From positions 1,030 through 65,029 of the forward strand of contig JBAZKO010000001.1 in NCBI GenBank assembly GCA_041650775.1: a stretch of DNA of 64,000 nucleotides, read 5' to 3'. The position numbers and the translations under genes are program-made. Source of the DNA: Patescibacteria group bacterium (lineage in GTDB: Bacteria > Patescibacteriota > Patescibacteriia > Patescibacteriales > UBA12465). The notes beneath the pieces are model-generated. The model was not told where the DNA came from. It saw only the letters and a program-made list of their open reading frames with translations, and did no database searches. Shown piece by piece: positions 43,419-53,305 of this stretch (within the stretch, counting starts at the first letter, position 1; every line of letters starts with the position of its first letter).

Positions 43419-45114
43419 AAACCAATAGAGTAGCCGTTTCTTTTATTAAACGCAAATATGACAAGTCATTTAACCAGCCGTATTTTTTCCAGTCGACTTC
43501 TTTCGCTAAAATAATATAACGGATAGGCGAACCAGCCGGAACCGGCGAGCCGTCTTTCCCCTGCACCCTCAGCCAAGCGGCCACGGCCGCGCTGTCGTAA
43601 TTCTGGCTATTATCATAAATTCCACCGTATTCCATATTCGTCCCACTGATAACTGGGCAGGTAAAAAACACCGGCGCCGGATTAGCGATCACTTTTCCTG
43701 CCCAGTTAAAACTCAGATACATGTGCCAGGGCAAGAATAAAATTTTATCGGAACAGCTATAAGACTGGGTCGCCCGATTAACTAAAAAACTGTTAACTTC
43801 ATACCAATCGGCCGGATACGGCGTCGATTTAACCTGATTGTTAAAACCCCAAAGTAAGGACGGCGTCTGCGTAACAATTATAACAGCGAGAACAACGGCA
43901 CTTAAGCGGCGATGGCTCTTAACCAATTTAAAATCTTTTAAACGATTGACGCCAAGCGTCAAATAAAACAAATAAATCGGAATTATGACCGCCACCAATT
44001 TCTGTGGCTCGCGCAAACCCTTATACAGAGGCAGATGATCATAAAGAAACATCGTCAGTCCGCCAGTGAGCGGCGACTTGATGCCGACCGCTAAGGAGAC
44101 GGCCAGACTGAAAATAAAAATCAGACCGGCGCTAAAAATCTTTTCGTCGCGACTGCGTTTCCGAAAACTTAAGTAGACGCCATAAAAAATCAGCGGCGTT
44201 AATAAAATGAAGCTTCTCTGCCAGCCGGGAGCGTCCGTTAAGTCAAAATATCGAAACTGTTCCTTGCCCCAGAAACCGGACATCAGCAAAACATTGGTAA
44301 AAGTTTCTGTTCCATCTTTACCGGCGGTCTGGAAAGCGGATAAATCCTGAGTGGTTATTCCCTGCTGGACGAAAGAGGTTAAAGGAGAGGCTTTAAAAAT
44401 CAAAGCTACTAGCCAATTGGCGTTAATAAGCAAAACGATGACTAAAGAAAATAATAAAGCCAGCCAAAACTTCTTAATCGACTTTAATATTATCATTTCC
44501 CGACGTTTCAGAAACAATAAGATAAAAAACAATAAATAAAAAAGAGCTAGGAAAAAAATAAAATGAAGAGCGGATAACAGGACTAGAGCGCTAAAAACAG
44601 CGGCCAACCGTAAATTTTTAAAATCCAAAGTCTGCCAAGCTTTAAAAAGATAAGCGCCGGCAAAAAGCAAACAGCCGTAAGCGATTAAGACACTAAATTG
44701 GCCATAGAGCGCTCGGTCATAAACGAAGGGATTAAATAGGGCGAATAGGCTAAGAACAAAAACCAGACCGCGAGAAGAAACCGGCCCGCCCGTCGCGCTC
44801 TCCAACCAATCGCGCGCCAAAACTGTTTTAACGAAAAATCGCCCGCCCAATAAAATAAGAAACAAAACGCCGGTAATAAAAATCTTCTCCAAGAAAGCAA
44901 TCGAAAAAATAAAAGACAATCCCTTAATTATCAAATTAAATAAGAACCAGACATTAGTCCAATCAAGATTAATATTCATCCCCCACGCCATATCGGTCAA
45001 AAAAAGATAACCCGAATGCAGTAGCCAAGGAGCTACAATCGCTAAAATAACTAAAACATAGCCACAGAAGGAGATCAATAACCGATTAATTTTTAGCTTT
45101 TTAAATAAATTCAT
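43402..45114 (-). CDS. Large polytopic membrane protein with a C-terminal extracytoplasmic domain (possible GT-C-fold glycosyltransferase or polymerase)
   Basis: About 11-13 TM helices over aa 1-400, then a soluble domain of about 160 aa. The call rests on architecture only. Confidence 0.45.
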   Translation of the reverse strand: MNLFKKLKINRLLISFCGYVLVILAIVAPWLLHSGYLFLTDMAWGMNINLDWTNVWFLFNLIIKGLSFIFSIAFLEKIFITGVLFLILLGGRFFVKTVLARDWLESATGGPVSSRGLVFVLSLFALFNPFVYDRALYGQFSVLIAYGCLLFAGAYLFKAWQTLDFKNLRLAAVFSALVLLSALHFIFFLALFYLLFFILLFLKRREMIILKSIKKFWLALLFSLVIVLLINANWLVALIFKASPLTSFVQQGITTQDLSAFQTAGKDGTETFTNVLLMSGFWGKEQFRYFDLTDAPGWQRSFILLTPLIFYGVYLSFRKRSRDEKIFSAGLIFIFSLAVSLAVGIKSPLTGGLTMFLYDHLPLYKGLREPQKLVAVIIPIYLFYLTLGVNRLKDFKLVKSHRRLSAVVLAVIIVTQTPSLLWGFNNQVKSTPYPADWYEVNSFLVNRATQSYSCSDKILFLPWHMYLSFNWAGKVIANPAPVFFTCPVISGTNMEYGGIYDNSQNYDSAAVAAWLRVQGKDGSPVPAGSPIRYIILAKEVDWKKYGWLNDLSYLRLIKETATLLVYEIKS

Positions 45115-46211
45115 TTCAAAGTATTTTTGTCTAATATTCTATTATTAAATTTCGTCCAAGTAACTTCGTTATATATAGCTAAACCAATGGCGTCTAAACC
45201 GGCGACACTTAAATGTAAATTGTCGCCATAATCATAGGCGGATAGAAGAGTATCAGCGATAGCAGGATCCATCAAGACAGGGTAAGTATCAACTACGTAA
45301 TCTATCCCCGTAGCAGTATTTTTAATCCAAGTATTTATAGTTTGCAAATTAGCTAATCTGCCAGAAGTGTAACCCGAGCTCCCCTTGAATGGGCTAAGGG
45401 TTAAGGCAACTACCTTCAACCCGGTATTATGCGCTGCGGTATACATTGCCTGGAGATTTGATTCAATGGCGGTATTGTCAACATCATATATCACATCAAC
45501 AATTCCGCCCCAAATAATCACGTATTCAGCATCAAGATTACTTAATATGTCATCGTTAAATCTAGCTAGCATTTGCGCAGTATAATTTCCTCCGATTCCA
45601 AAATTATTGCCATTCCATTTCTTCCCTAAAAGTGATAATAAACTATTTAAATAAGCATGATTGGTGGTATTGAAAGCAGTCAAACTATCTCCGATAGAAT
45701 ATATTTGATGAACTTGATTTGCAAATGTAGACGAATTAACTTTGATATAACTCAAATCTTTATTACTGATGCCAAGCCCTAATTTTTTCATTGTATTATA
45801 AGCCTCGGGGCCATCCTTTAAATAGTGCAAACTTCCATCAAATCCCACATAATAGGCCTCGCCCCTGGACTCCACTTGGAGAAAAATCCTCCCTTTTTGT
45901 TTTATTGCCAAATTTTTATTATTGTTAATTTTTTCTAAATCGGCATTTGTTATGCCCACGCCGAAACTCCGCATTATATTATAAGCATCACCCCCATTCC
46001 TCATATAATATCTCTCCGTCGTCGTTGGGTGGACATACCAGGCTTCACCATTATTTTCCACCTGAAGCAATATTCTACCTCTTAAGTGGTTACTCAGCGA
46101 TTCGGCTTTTAGCGGTATGGTTGGAGTGATTAATATGATAATAAATACCAACCCTTTAAAAATGCCTGATAATATATTTAAATATTTTTTACCTCGCATA
46201 AGATTTAACAA
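45111..46211 (-). CDS. Secreted SGNH/GDSL hydrolase with two N-terminal GRILL-type repeats
   Basis: Signal/TM segment, then tandem modules at aa 45-153. SGNH blocks: IYSIGDSLTAF (block I), GIGGNY (II), IIWGGIVD (III) and DNLHLS (V, DxxH). Confidence 0.75.
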   Translation of the reverse strand: MLNLMRGKKYLNILSGIFKGLVFIIILITPTIPLKAESLSNHLRGRILLQVENNGEAWYVHPTTTERYYMRNGGDAYNIMRSFGVGITNADLEKINNNKNLAIKQKGRIFLQVESRGEAYYVGFDGSLHYLKDGPEAYNTMKKLGLGISNKDLSYIKVNSSTFANQVHQIYSIGDSLTAFNTTNHAYLNSLLSLLGKKWNGNNFGIGGNYTAQMLARFNDDILSNLDAEYVIIWGGIVDVIYDVDNTAIESNLQAMYTAAHNTGLKVVALTLSPFKGSSGYTSGRLANLQTINTWIKNTATGIDYVVDTYPVLMDPAIADTLLSAYDYGDNLHLSVAGLDAIGLAIYNEVTWTKFNNRILDKNTLK

Positions 46212-46219
46212 AGTAAATA

Positions 46220-49006
46220 TTAATATTTTTTATTTTTCCTCCTCCAACTATAAATTAAATAACCCAGACAATTAAATAAAGTTAGGCTGGTAATAAATAA
46301 TCCGATATAAAATAATCTCTGCGGCCAAAATTCAATAATCAATTCCATATCATAACTACCATCAGCATTTTTGTGGCAATTATTCGTTGGGGTGCAAATC
46401 TTATCAGTATCAATCAGCCAGCTATTAGCGTAACTATTAGCCAACAAATGATCAGTGTTATCAGCTACCGGCTGTTTGAACCAAGTCTCATAGAAATGAC
46501 CGGTGGATAAGTTATTATTTTGGATAGTGCCTTGAATATTTTTAGAGATAAAATCAATTTTATATTTTTCAAGATAATCCAAATTCTCTTTGTTGTCCTC
46601 AAATTTTTTATGTTTTATAACCCGCTCCACCCCATTTCCCAAATCAGTGATTAACCCCTGAGTTATAAAATAGTCAACTTCATCGCGACTGGCCTGATCA
46701 TCGCTATTCCCGTCCAAAACTTTATAATCAACTAACTTTATTTCATCAACTTTATTTCCAACATTTCTATTACCTAAATATACTTTCCAGCCGTCATGAA
46801 AAGATTCACCAAAAATCAAGGGAAAACTTTTCCGAGCATGATGAACGACAACGCGATATTTAATCGGATTAATCTTTCTGAATTCAAGTACTGGTGACTC
46901 AGACTCCTGTTCGCGCGATATCTTATCATAATAATTTATCTTTTTATTCAAATCAAATTTTAATTCGTTTAATCTAATATTATTATCAACTAATTCTTTT
47001 TTTTGTTTCTTAGCCAACAAATTATCTTTTTCCAAATCAGAGGAAGTTATTCGTGTTTCCAGATCACCAATCTCAATTTTAATCTTCCGACAAACATCAT
47101 TCTCCTCCCCTATATTAATATTATTGCTAGATATTAAAGCACCGAGTTTATCAAGACCCATTTGATTATTCTGATTTTGTTCTTGGAAATAAACAGCGGA
47201 ACGGATTTGATAACAAGGATTAAAAACAATATCCGAAAGTCTATTAATTGAACCAGAGGATATTATTATAGATTTAGTGGTGTAAAAAGTAGGCAAAAAA
47301 TAGTCGTTCTTGAATAATTTAATAGAACCAGATTCCCACTTACTCATTTTCAGTGAAAAAAGTTCATTTAATTCTGTTATATTTTCTTTTTCTTTAAAAC
47401 CAAAGGAGGGCACGATATCGGCGTTAATTAAAATCTTTCTAATGTTAAAAATGCTTAGACTATTTTCTACATTCTCATTGGAAAAATTATTATAAATTAT
47501 GTCAAATTTGCTACCCCAATAAGTAGCAACAAAGGATTTATTTAGAGCCAGCATTATTGGATCCATACCTCGATAGTACTTATTACTACCATGATTCAAC
47601 ATAGTAATCTGATAGTTAAGTGAACCGGGTAAAGATAATAATCGATAATCAAGCTTATCATTATTTATAACTTGTCTGACTTGCTGATACTCAGTTTTAT
47701 CAATAAATTTTCTAGTAACGAAATCGACTTTATTTAAACTAAAATCAGGAATAAAGTTTAATGTCAAAAATGGTATACTACAAACAACTAAATACCCACC
47801 CAGAAGATAAAAATTAAACCGCCCTTTCTTTTGGATCATGGCGAATACCAATGTCAATGTAAATATAAAGGCTAGCAAAACACCAAATTTTTCCCAAGGA
47901 CTTTTAAAAATATAGAAAAGCGGCGCATAGTTCATTAAAAACATGTAGATGTTTGCGAACGGATTGTTAGCGCCTTTTGTTAAAAATAGAACAATTAAAA
48001 ACGTAACTAAAACGACAATTTTAGCTTTTTGCCATTTTTGATTTTTTATAAATAAAGATCCGGCAATAATCAACAAAGGAATATATAATATTATTTTAAC
48101 AAAATTATTATCGTAAAATTGTACGATAGAAGAGTTATAATAATAACTGGGAAAAATAAATGATCCTAAAAAACGAAGTGATAACAATTGGCTCATCATT
48201 GATCCGAAACCGCTACTACTATTAATCCAATTGATAGCGATATCTCTTGTATAAAAAATATGAGCATCAAAAAATGCAAATTTAAAAAAAGGCAATAACC
48301 ACCAAAAATTAAATAATACAAAACTTAGTTCTAAAATAACAAAATTCATCAAAATTCTTTTCGCTTTTAATTTATTCTCTTGCAGATAAGAAATTATGAT
48401 GAGCGACATTAACAAAAAAATATGGAAAATCGCAAAATAAGGGATGCCTGCAAAGGAAAAAGAAACTAAGGCAGTAAAAATTCCGAAATAAATAAATAAC
48501 TTCTTGTAATTTAGAAAATATTTATAGAGAATACTAAACGTAATCGGCAAGACAAATAACAGCGCCAAGTTCCAGAATGTCTGTCCATAAAGATGAATAG
48601 CCGAGAAAGGGTTAAAAATGTAAAAAAGACTAATTAAAATCGATGTCTTTAACTCAATTTTTAAACATTTATCCAATAAAAAAAACATCGCTATAAACGG
48701 TAGAAAATAAATCAAAAAGACGCTAATTGTATTAACTGTTTTAACAGACATTCCGATGTTATATAAAAAATCGAAAAAATCAAATATCCCAACAGGGAAA
48801 TTCACTAATGAATTGGGCGCGCCAAGTCCGCCAGTTAAAGGTAGCCAAGTGTGCCCATATAGATTTTTTACCAAACTTACATCTAAAAAGTAATTCCCTT
48901 CTCCTCCTAATATTAAAAAATTATTTGAAAAAATTGTTATTATAGTTAAAAAGAATATAATAACAGCCCCAATAAAAATATTTTTCTTGTTTATTAATCT
49001 ATTCAT
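46220..49006 (-). CDS. Giant polytopic membrane protein (928 aa) with an ectodomain of about 480 aa and a C-terminal TM anchor (possible GT-C-fold enzyme)
   Basis: At least 12 TM helices in aa 1-420, a coiled-coil stretch (LEKDNLLAKKQKKELVDNNIRLNELKFDL), and a terminal TM segment LFYIGLFITSLTLFNCLGYLIYSW. Very AT-rich. Confidence 0.45.
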   Translation of the reverse strand: MNRLINKKNIFIGAVIIFFLTIITIFSNNFLILGGEGNYFLDVSLVKNLYGHTWLPLTGGLGAPNSLVNFPVGIFDFFDFLYNIGMSVKTVNTISVFLIYFLPFIAMFFLLDKCLKIELKTSILISLFYIFNPFSAIHLYGQTFWNLALLFVLPITFSILYKYFLNYKKLFIYFGIFTALVSFSFAGIPYFAIFHIFLLMSLIIISYLQENKLKAKRILMNFVILELSFVLFNFWWLLPFFKFAFFDAHIFYTRDIAINWINSSSGFGSMMSQLLSLRFLGSFIFPSYYYNSSIVQFYDNNFVKIILYIPLLIIAGSLFIKNQKWQKAKIVVLVTFLIVLFLTKGANNPFANIYMFLMNYAPLFYIFKSPWEKFGVLLAFIFTLTLVFAMIQKKGRFNFYLLGGYLVVCSIPFLTLNFIPDFSLNKVDFVTRKFIDKTEYQQVRQVINNDKLDYRLLSLPGSLNYQITMLNHGSNKYYRGMDPIMLALNKSFVATYWGSKFDIIYNNFSNENVENSLSIFNIRKILINADIVPSFGFKEKENITELNELFSLKMSKWESGSIKLFKNDYFLPTFYTTKSIIISSGSINRLSDIVFNPCYQIRSAVYFQEQNQNNQMGLDKLGALISSNNINIGEENDVCRKIKIEIGDLETRITSSDLEKDNLLAKKQKKELVDNNIRLNELKFDLNKKINYYDKISREQESESPVLEFRKINPIKYRVVVHHARKSFPLIFGESFHDGWKVYLGNRNVGNKVDEIKLVDYKVLDGNSDDQASRDEVDYFITQGLITDLGNGVERVIKHKKFEDNKENLDYLEKYKIDFISKNIQGTIQNNNLSTGHFYETWFKQPVADNTDHLLANSYANSWLIDTDKICTPTNNCHKNADGSYDMELIIEFWPQRLFYIGLFITSLTLFNCLGYLIYSWRRKNKKY

Positions 49007-49015
49007 TTGTAAATT

Positions 49016-49489
49016 TTAATTTATCATCTTAATAATTTTAGCCGGAACTCCGGCCACAACTGAATAATCCGGCACATCTTTTGTAACCACGCTTCCTGCG
49101 GCCACAACCGAATGTTTTCCAATTGAAACACCTGGCAATATTATCACGTTTGCACAAATCCATGATCCTTTGCCAATGAAAACAGGCTTAGATTCGGATC
49201 CTTGAGACACGATATCTAGGTTCCTATTTTCATATATATGATTTTCGGTATATATTTTAACACCATGAGCCAATAAGACATCACTCTCTATCACCAATCC
49301 GCCATTTCCATTAATCACCGTACCAAATTGAATAGTAATATTATCGCCGACGGAAATACCCCGCAGTCCGCTTATGAAACAACTACTGGAAACCGCGAAC
49401 GACTTGCCGGTTCTTTTTAGAAAAAACGAGTAAAAAAAACCTCGGGTATAATAACTCGTCTTAATAAGAAAGTAAATAATTTTTTGCAT
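49016..49489 (-). CDS. Hexapeptide-repeat (LbH) acetyltransferase
   Basis: Repeated [LIV]-G-x4 turns (VGDNITIQ, IGKGSWICANVIILPGVSIGKHSVVAAGSVV). 157 aa. Confidence 0.8.
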   Translation of the reverse strand: MQKIIYFLIKTSYYTRGFFYSFFLKRTGKSFAVSSSCFISGLRGISVGDNITIQFGTVINGNGGLVIESDVLLAHGVKIYTENHIYENRNLDIVSQGSESKPVFIGKGSWICANVIILPGVSIGKHSVVAAGSVVTKDVPDYSVVAGVPAKIIKMIN

Positions 49490-49505
49490 AAGACTCTTTA
49501 GATTA

Positions 49506-50393
49506 TTAATATTTCTTACAAATAAATGTTAAATCCTCATTGCTAAAAAATTTAAAAAGTGGATATAAAGGATAAATCAAAAATTTTATTGGTGATTTTC
49601 TAATTGACCAAAATAAATCAAGTGGATAATCATAAAATTCATTTTTTATACTAACAACTTTTAATTTATTTCTTGCGCAAGCTTTATAGATAGTACTCCT
49701 ATTGGGGATATTTAAATGCCTAGGGGAATCAAGATGAAACCAGTTTTCTTTTCCAAATCTAAATCCCAAACTTTTGTTATTAGGAACTTGAAAAACTAAA
49801 ATACCGTTGTCTTTTATTATTTCCCGTGCTTTTTTAAATAAACTCATGGGCTTTTCTAAGTGTTCCATGACATGCCATAATGTTATAACATCAAATTTTT
49901 TTTCACCGAAATTTATTAGCTCTACAGGCTTATTATAAACATCAATTTTTTTTCTTCTACATATTTCTACTCCTTCAGGATTTATTTCTATACCGTTTTT
50001 TTCAAAAATATCCGAATCTAAACTCAACAAAAACCCTCCCCGGCCACAACCAATATCCAAAATAGAAAGTTTTTCTCTGCCCTTAAAATACCTACGAATA
50101 TATTTTTCTTTAATTTTAGAAAATAAAAACTTATATAAAGACGCCCAGCAACGATTGGTAGACTTGTTTTCTCCATTCTCTAAATAATAACTAACCTCGT
50201 AATACTTTTCATAATAGTTATCACCTACTTCAATGTTGGGAATAAACAAGCATCCACAGTCCAAACATTTATATACGGGAAATCTTTCCTTTTTTTCTAC
50301 TATATTTTTCCCATGGGTATTGAAAGATGAAAAGGAATACTTCGTATCTTCGCTACTGCAGAATCTACATTTATTTGGCATTTTTACATTCAT
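49506..50393 (-). CDS. Class I SAM-dependent methyltransferase with an N-terminal CxxC...CxxC zinc ribbon
   Basis: CRFC...CLDCGC, then ILDIGCGRGGF (motif I). Alternative start at 50381. Confidence 0.8.
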   Translation of the reverse strand: MNVKMPNKCRFCSSEDTKYSFSSFNTHGKNIVEKKERFPVYKCLDCGCLFIPNIEVGDNYYEKYYEVSYYLENGENKSTNRCWASLYKFLFSKIKEKYIRRYFKGREKLSILDIGCGRGGFLLSLDSDIFEKNGIEINPEGVEICRRKKIDVYNKPVELINFGEKKFDVITLWHVMEHLEKPMSLFKKAREIIKDNGILVFQVPNNKSLGFRFGKENWFHLDSPRHLNIPNRSTIYKACARNKLKVVSIKNEFYDYPLDLFWSIRKSPIKFLIYPLYPLFKFFSNEDLTFICKKY

Positions 50394-51204
50394 AGATAGT
50401 TATGTAAGAATTTTCAATTTCTTCTTTTTCAGACGTCAATTTATAATTTACCGCTAAAGCATTATTTTTGGATTCTCTACAAAAAAACAACTTCTTTAAA
50501 AAAACCGGTAAATGCCGTGCGATAAATCTAATAATTTCAAATTGGGAAATAAGCGATAATATTTTATCCTTCATCTTTCTACTTTTTTCCTCATACGACC
50601 ACCCGTTTTCTTTCATTTTTCTTAAAGACTCGTTATCTATTTGCCCATAGCACACAACACTTAAAAAATATTTCTCTAAAATTTCCGCTAATTCCATGGG
50701 GCGGTATTCATAAATATGAAAAGGCATAATAGGATGTTTTAATCCGCTGGAAGTAATATTTTTATTTACTGTCGCTAAAAAAAAGGTTCCTTCATTTTTT
50801 AATAAATTCTTAATATCTGTTAAATAATACTCACAATTTTCCCGATCTATATGCTCTATCACTTGAAAAGAAGTAATGACGTCATATTTTGTGAGAATGT
50901 TTTTATTAAAAGTGAACTCTAAATTCTTATTCTTATTATAAAAAAAAATATTTTTCTTGATAGTGTTCTTATCTATATCAAACCCGACAACAGCTCTTTT
51001 TGTAAATCTTGAAAGATACTCGGTGCCATACCCGCCGCCGCAACCATAGTCAAGAACGAAGTCCGTATCTTTAATCTTACTTTCAGCAAACTTATACGCA
51101 AATTGCAAAACAGCCTCTATTTCCTCAAACCTTGTATACAGAATCGGTCTTTCGCCAGTATTGATCAATTCTAAATAAATTTTACTAAGAATATTTCTCA
51201 TCAT
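50371..51204 (-). CDS. Class I SAM-dependent methyltransferase
   Basis: VLDYGCGGGYG (motif I) and FQVIEHI (post-II). Confidence 0.8.
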   Translation of the reverse strand: MMRNILSKIYLELINTGERPILYTRFEEIEAVLQFAYKFAESKIKDTDFVLDYGCGGGYGTEYLSRFTKRAVVGFDIDKNTIKKNIFFYNKNKNLEFTFNKNILTKYDVITSFQVIEHIDRENCEYYLTDIKNLLKNEGTFFLATVNKNITSSGLKHPIMPFHIYEYRPMELAEILEKYFLSVVCYGQIDNESLRKMKENGWSYEEKSRKMKDKILSLISQFEIIRFIARHLPVFLKKLFFCRESKNNALAVNYKLTSEKEEIENSYITIYECKNAK

Positions 51205-51213
51205 ATCGCTGAT

Positions 51214-52023
51214 TTAAAAAATATTAGATTTAGAGACATTCCTTGCCACCTTACGCATTATAATAAAATGATGGTGCGAAAATAGCGAGAGCGGAGTTCG
51301 GGATATGGTAGCATCAAGAAGAGCGAGCGGGCGTGTTATAATATTAGCAATTTTTTGCAATACGCCGGGGAAATGTTCAGGAAAAAAATCCGTCATCGCA
51401 CAAAACACCGGCTCAAAAGACGATGAAAACTTTTTGAGCAATTCTTTCCGCGAGAACAAAATTTCATGACTCCGCACAAGAAACTCAGTAAGTGCATATC
51501 TATTTGGTGTTCTGGATATAACGATTAGACCGGATGGTTTAAGCACTCGGGTCATCTCAGTAATAACCTTATCTAATATCTGTGAGGGGACATGCTCAAT
51601 GACAGCATGGACAAAAATATGATCAAATTGTGCATCCGTGAAAGGGATATGGGTACCATCAAAATAGTTAAAATTTAAATTAATTGAACAGTCAGTAATA
51701 TTTTTCCAAAGAGTCATCTGTGATGATTTACCAGCGGTCTTAAAGACATCTTGTATTTCCTCGCCTACATCATAAATATCAATGGCTTCCACTAGATATC
51801 CCATCTTAGATAAAACAAAACTTGTGAATCCTGAGCCGCAGCCGAAATCTAAAATTCGTATATTCTTATCTTCACCTGCGAGTGAAGCAAATTTTGAAAA
51901 AATAGGGTAAAAACCATTAACATATGGATAGGAATGAAAAAGAAAATTCTCTTTAACAAACCCACTCTGATTAAGAATTTCGACAAATTGAGCGAATAGT
52001 TTACTAAAATATTTTTTATTCAT
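51214..52023 (-). CDS. Class I SAM-dependent methyltransferase
   Basis: ILDFGCGSGFT (motif I) and HAVIEHV. Confidence 0.8.
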   Translation of the reverse strand: MNKKYFSKLFAQFVEILNQSGFVKENFLFHSYPYVNGFYPIFSKFASLAGEDKNIRILDFGCGSGFTSFVLSKMGYLVEAIDIYDVGEEIQDVFKTAGKSSQMTLWKNITDCSINLNFNYFDGTHIPFTDAQFDHIFVHAVIEHVPSQILDKVITEMTRVLKPSGLIVISRTPNRYALTEFLVRSHEILFSRKELLKKFSSSFEPVFCAMTDFFPEHFPGVLQKIANIITRPLALLDATISRTPLSLFSHHHFIIMRKVARNVSKSNIF

Positions 52024-53240
52024 AATAAAGTTTTTTCAAAAACGGCAGAATATATCTTCTTTGCACGAATATTCCAGTCCCATACTTCAACTACTAAATC
52101 GCGCGCCTCTTTTGAAATTTTATCATATAAATCATTATCTTTCAGTAGTTTAAAAATATTTTCTGCAAATTGTTTTTTATTACCCTGGGCAGTCTTAATA
52201 AATCCCTTAGGATAATACGTCCTCAGGGCTTCCAGATCAAAACTCACACCCGGCAAACCCCAAGCCATACCTTCAGCTGAAGCCATGCCTCCACTATCAT
52301 AGATTGCCGGATGAAGTATGAGTTTTGACTCTTTAAAAACATTATATTTTTCCGGTCCATCCATAAAACCCAATAAATTAATATTATCTTCTAGTTTTAA
52401 ATTTTTTATTTTTTCCCTAACTTTATCTTCCAAAGGACCAATCCCTATCATAGCTAATTTAGCCCCCTTTTCCAGTTCGCAAACTCTTTTCCAAATATCA
52501 ATAAGTTCTAAAACTCCTTTTTGATAATGGAATCTGCCAACAAAACAAGCATCATACATTCTTTTGTTAACTGGAATAATATTATTTTCTTTAAAATATT
52601 TTTCTGATTCTGTGATATCCACCCCTCCCTGGACAACAATAATTTTTGACCTATTTCTTTTTTTAGTTATAAATTTTTTTACGTCCGGATCTGAGGTGAC
52701 AAAAACATAGTCAGCATATTTTTTTACAAAAAAATATGATAATCTTTGCGTCAACCAATAGAAAAATCCTCTTAACCAATTTTTTCCTTTATAAGGAGAG
52801 TTCCCATCTAGAGGATTCGGCGCGAATAAATAATAACCCGCAATCCATTTAATTTTCGGATTCTTAAGCTTAGTATATAGCGCAGGAACAAAATCTGAAT
52901 AGAAATCAGAGGTGGAATAGATGTAATCAATATTTTTAATTTTCTCCCAATTATTTTTTAAGGCTACTATGCCCTTATAAGCTCTCCGAAAAGTACATTT
53001 TATAAAATCTACTAATGAGTTATTAAAAGATACTACTACATCTGTCTGGATAAACTCTATTTCATCGTTAAATATTTCATGAATATAGTTGGTTATTGTT
53101 TCTGGTCCGACTAAAATTATCTCTGATTTATTTTTCCAATTTTTTAGAAGCTCGGTCCAAATACGAGTTCCGCCGGAATCAATGAAAACTCTACTATTAG
53201 ATTTACCCCCAAAACCATTTACAATAAAGGCTATTTTCAT
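52020..53240 (-). CDS. Glycosyltransferase family 4 (GT-B)
   Basis: C-terminal GGMASAEGMAWGLPGVS (E-x7-E-like). 406 aa. Confidence 0.8.
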   Translation of the reverse strand: MKIAFIVNGFGGKSNSRVFIDSGGTRIWTELLKNWKNKSEIILVGPETITNYIHEIFNDEIEFIQTDVVVSFNNSLVDFIKCTFRRAYKGIVALKNNWEKIKNIDYIYSTSDFYSDFVPALYTKLKNPKIKWIAGYYLFAPNPLDGNSPYKGKNWLRGFFYWLTQRLSYFFVKKYADYVFVTSDPDVKKFITKKRNRSKIIVVQGGVDITESEKYFKENNIIPVNKRMYDACFVGRFHYQKGVLELIDIWKRVCELEKGAKLAMIGIGPLEDKVREKIKNLKLEDNINLLGFMDGPEKYNVFKESKLILHPAIYDSGGMASAEGMAWGLPGVSFDLEALRTYYPKGFIKTAQGNKKQFAENIFKLLKDNDLYDKISKEARDLVVEVWDWNIRAKKIYSAVFEKTLL

Positions 53241-53305
53241 AACTATTATATACTTTTTAAAATTTAATACAACAGTATATTAATTATATCTAGTTTTATT
53301 TCTAA

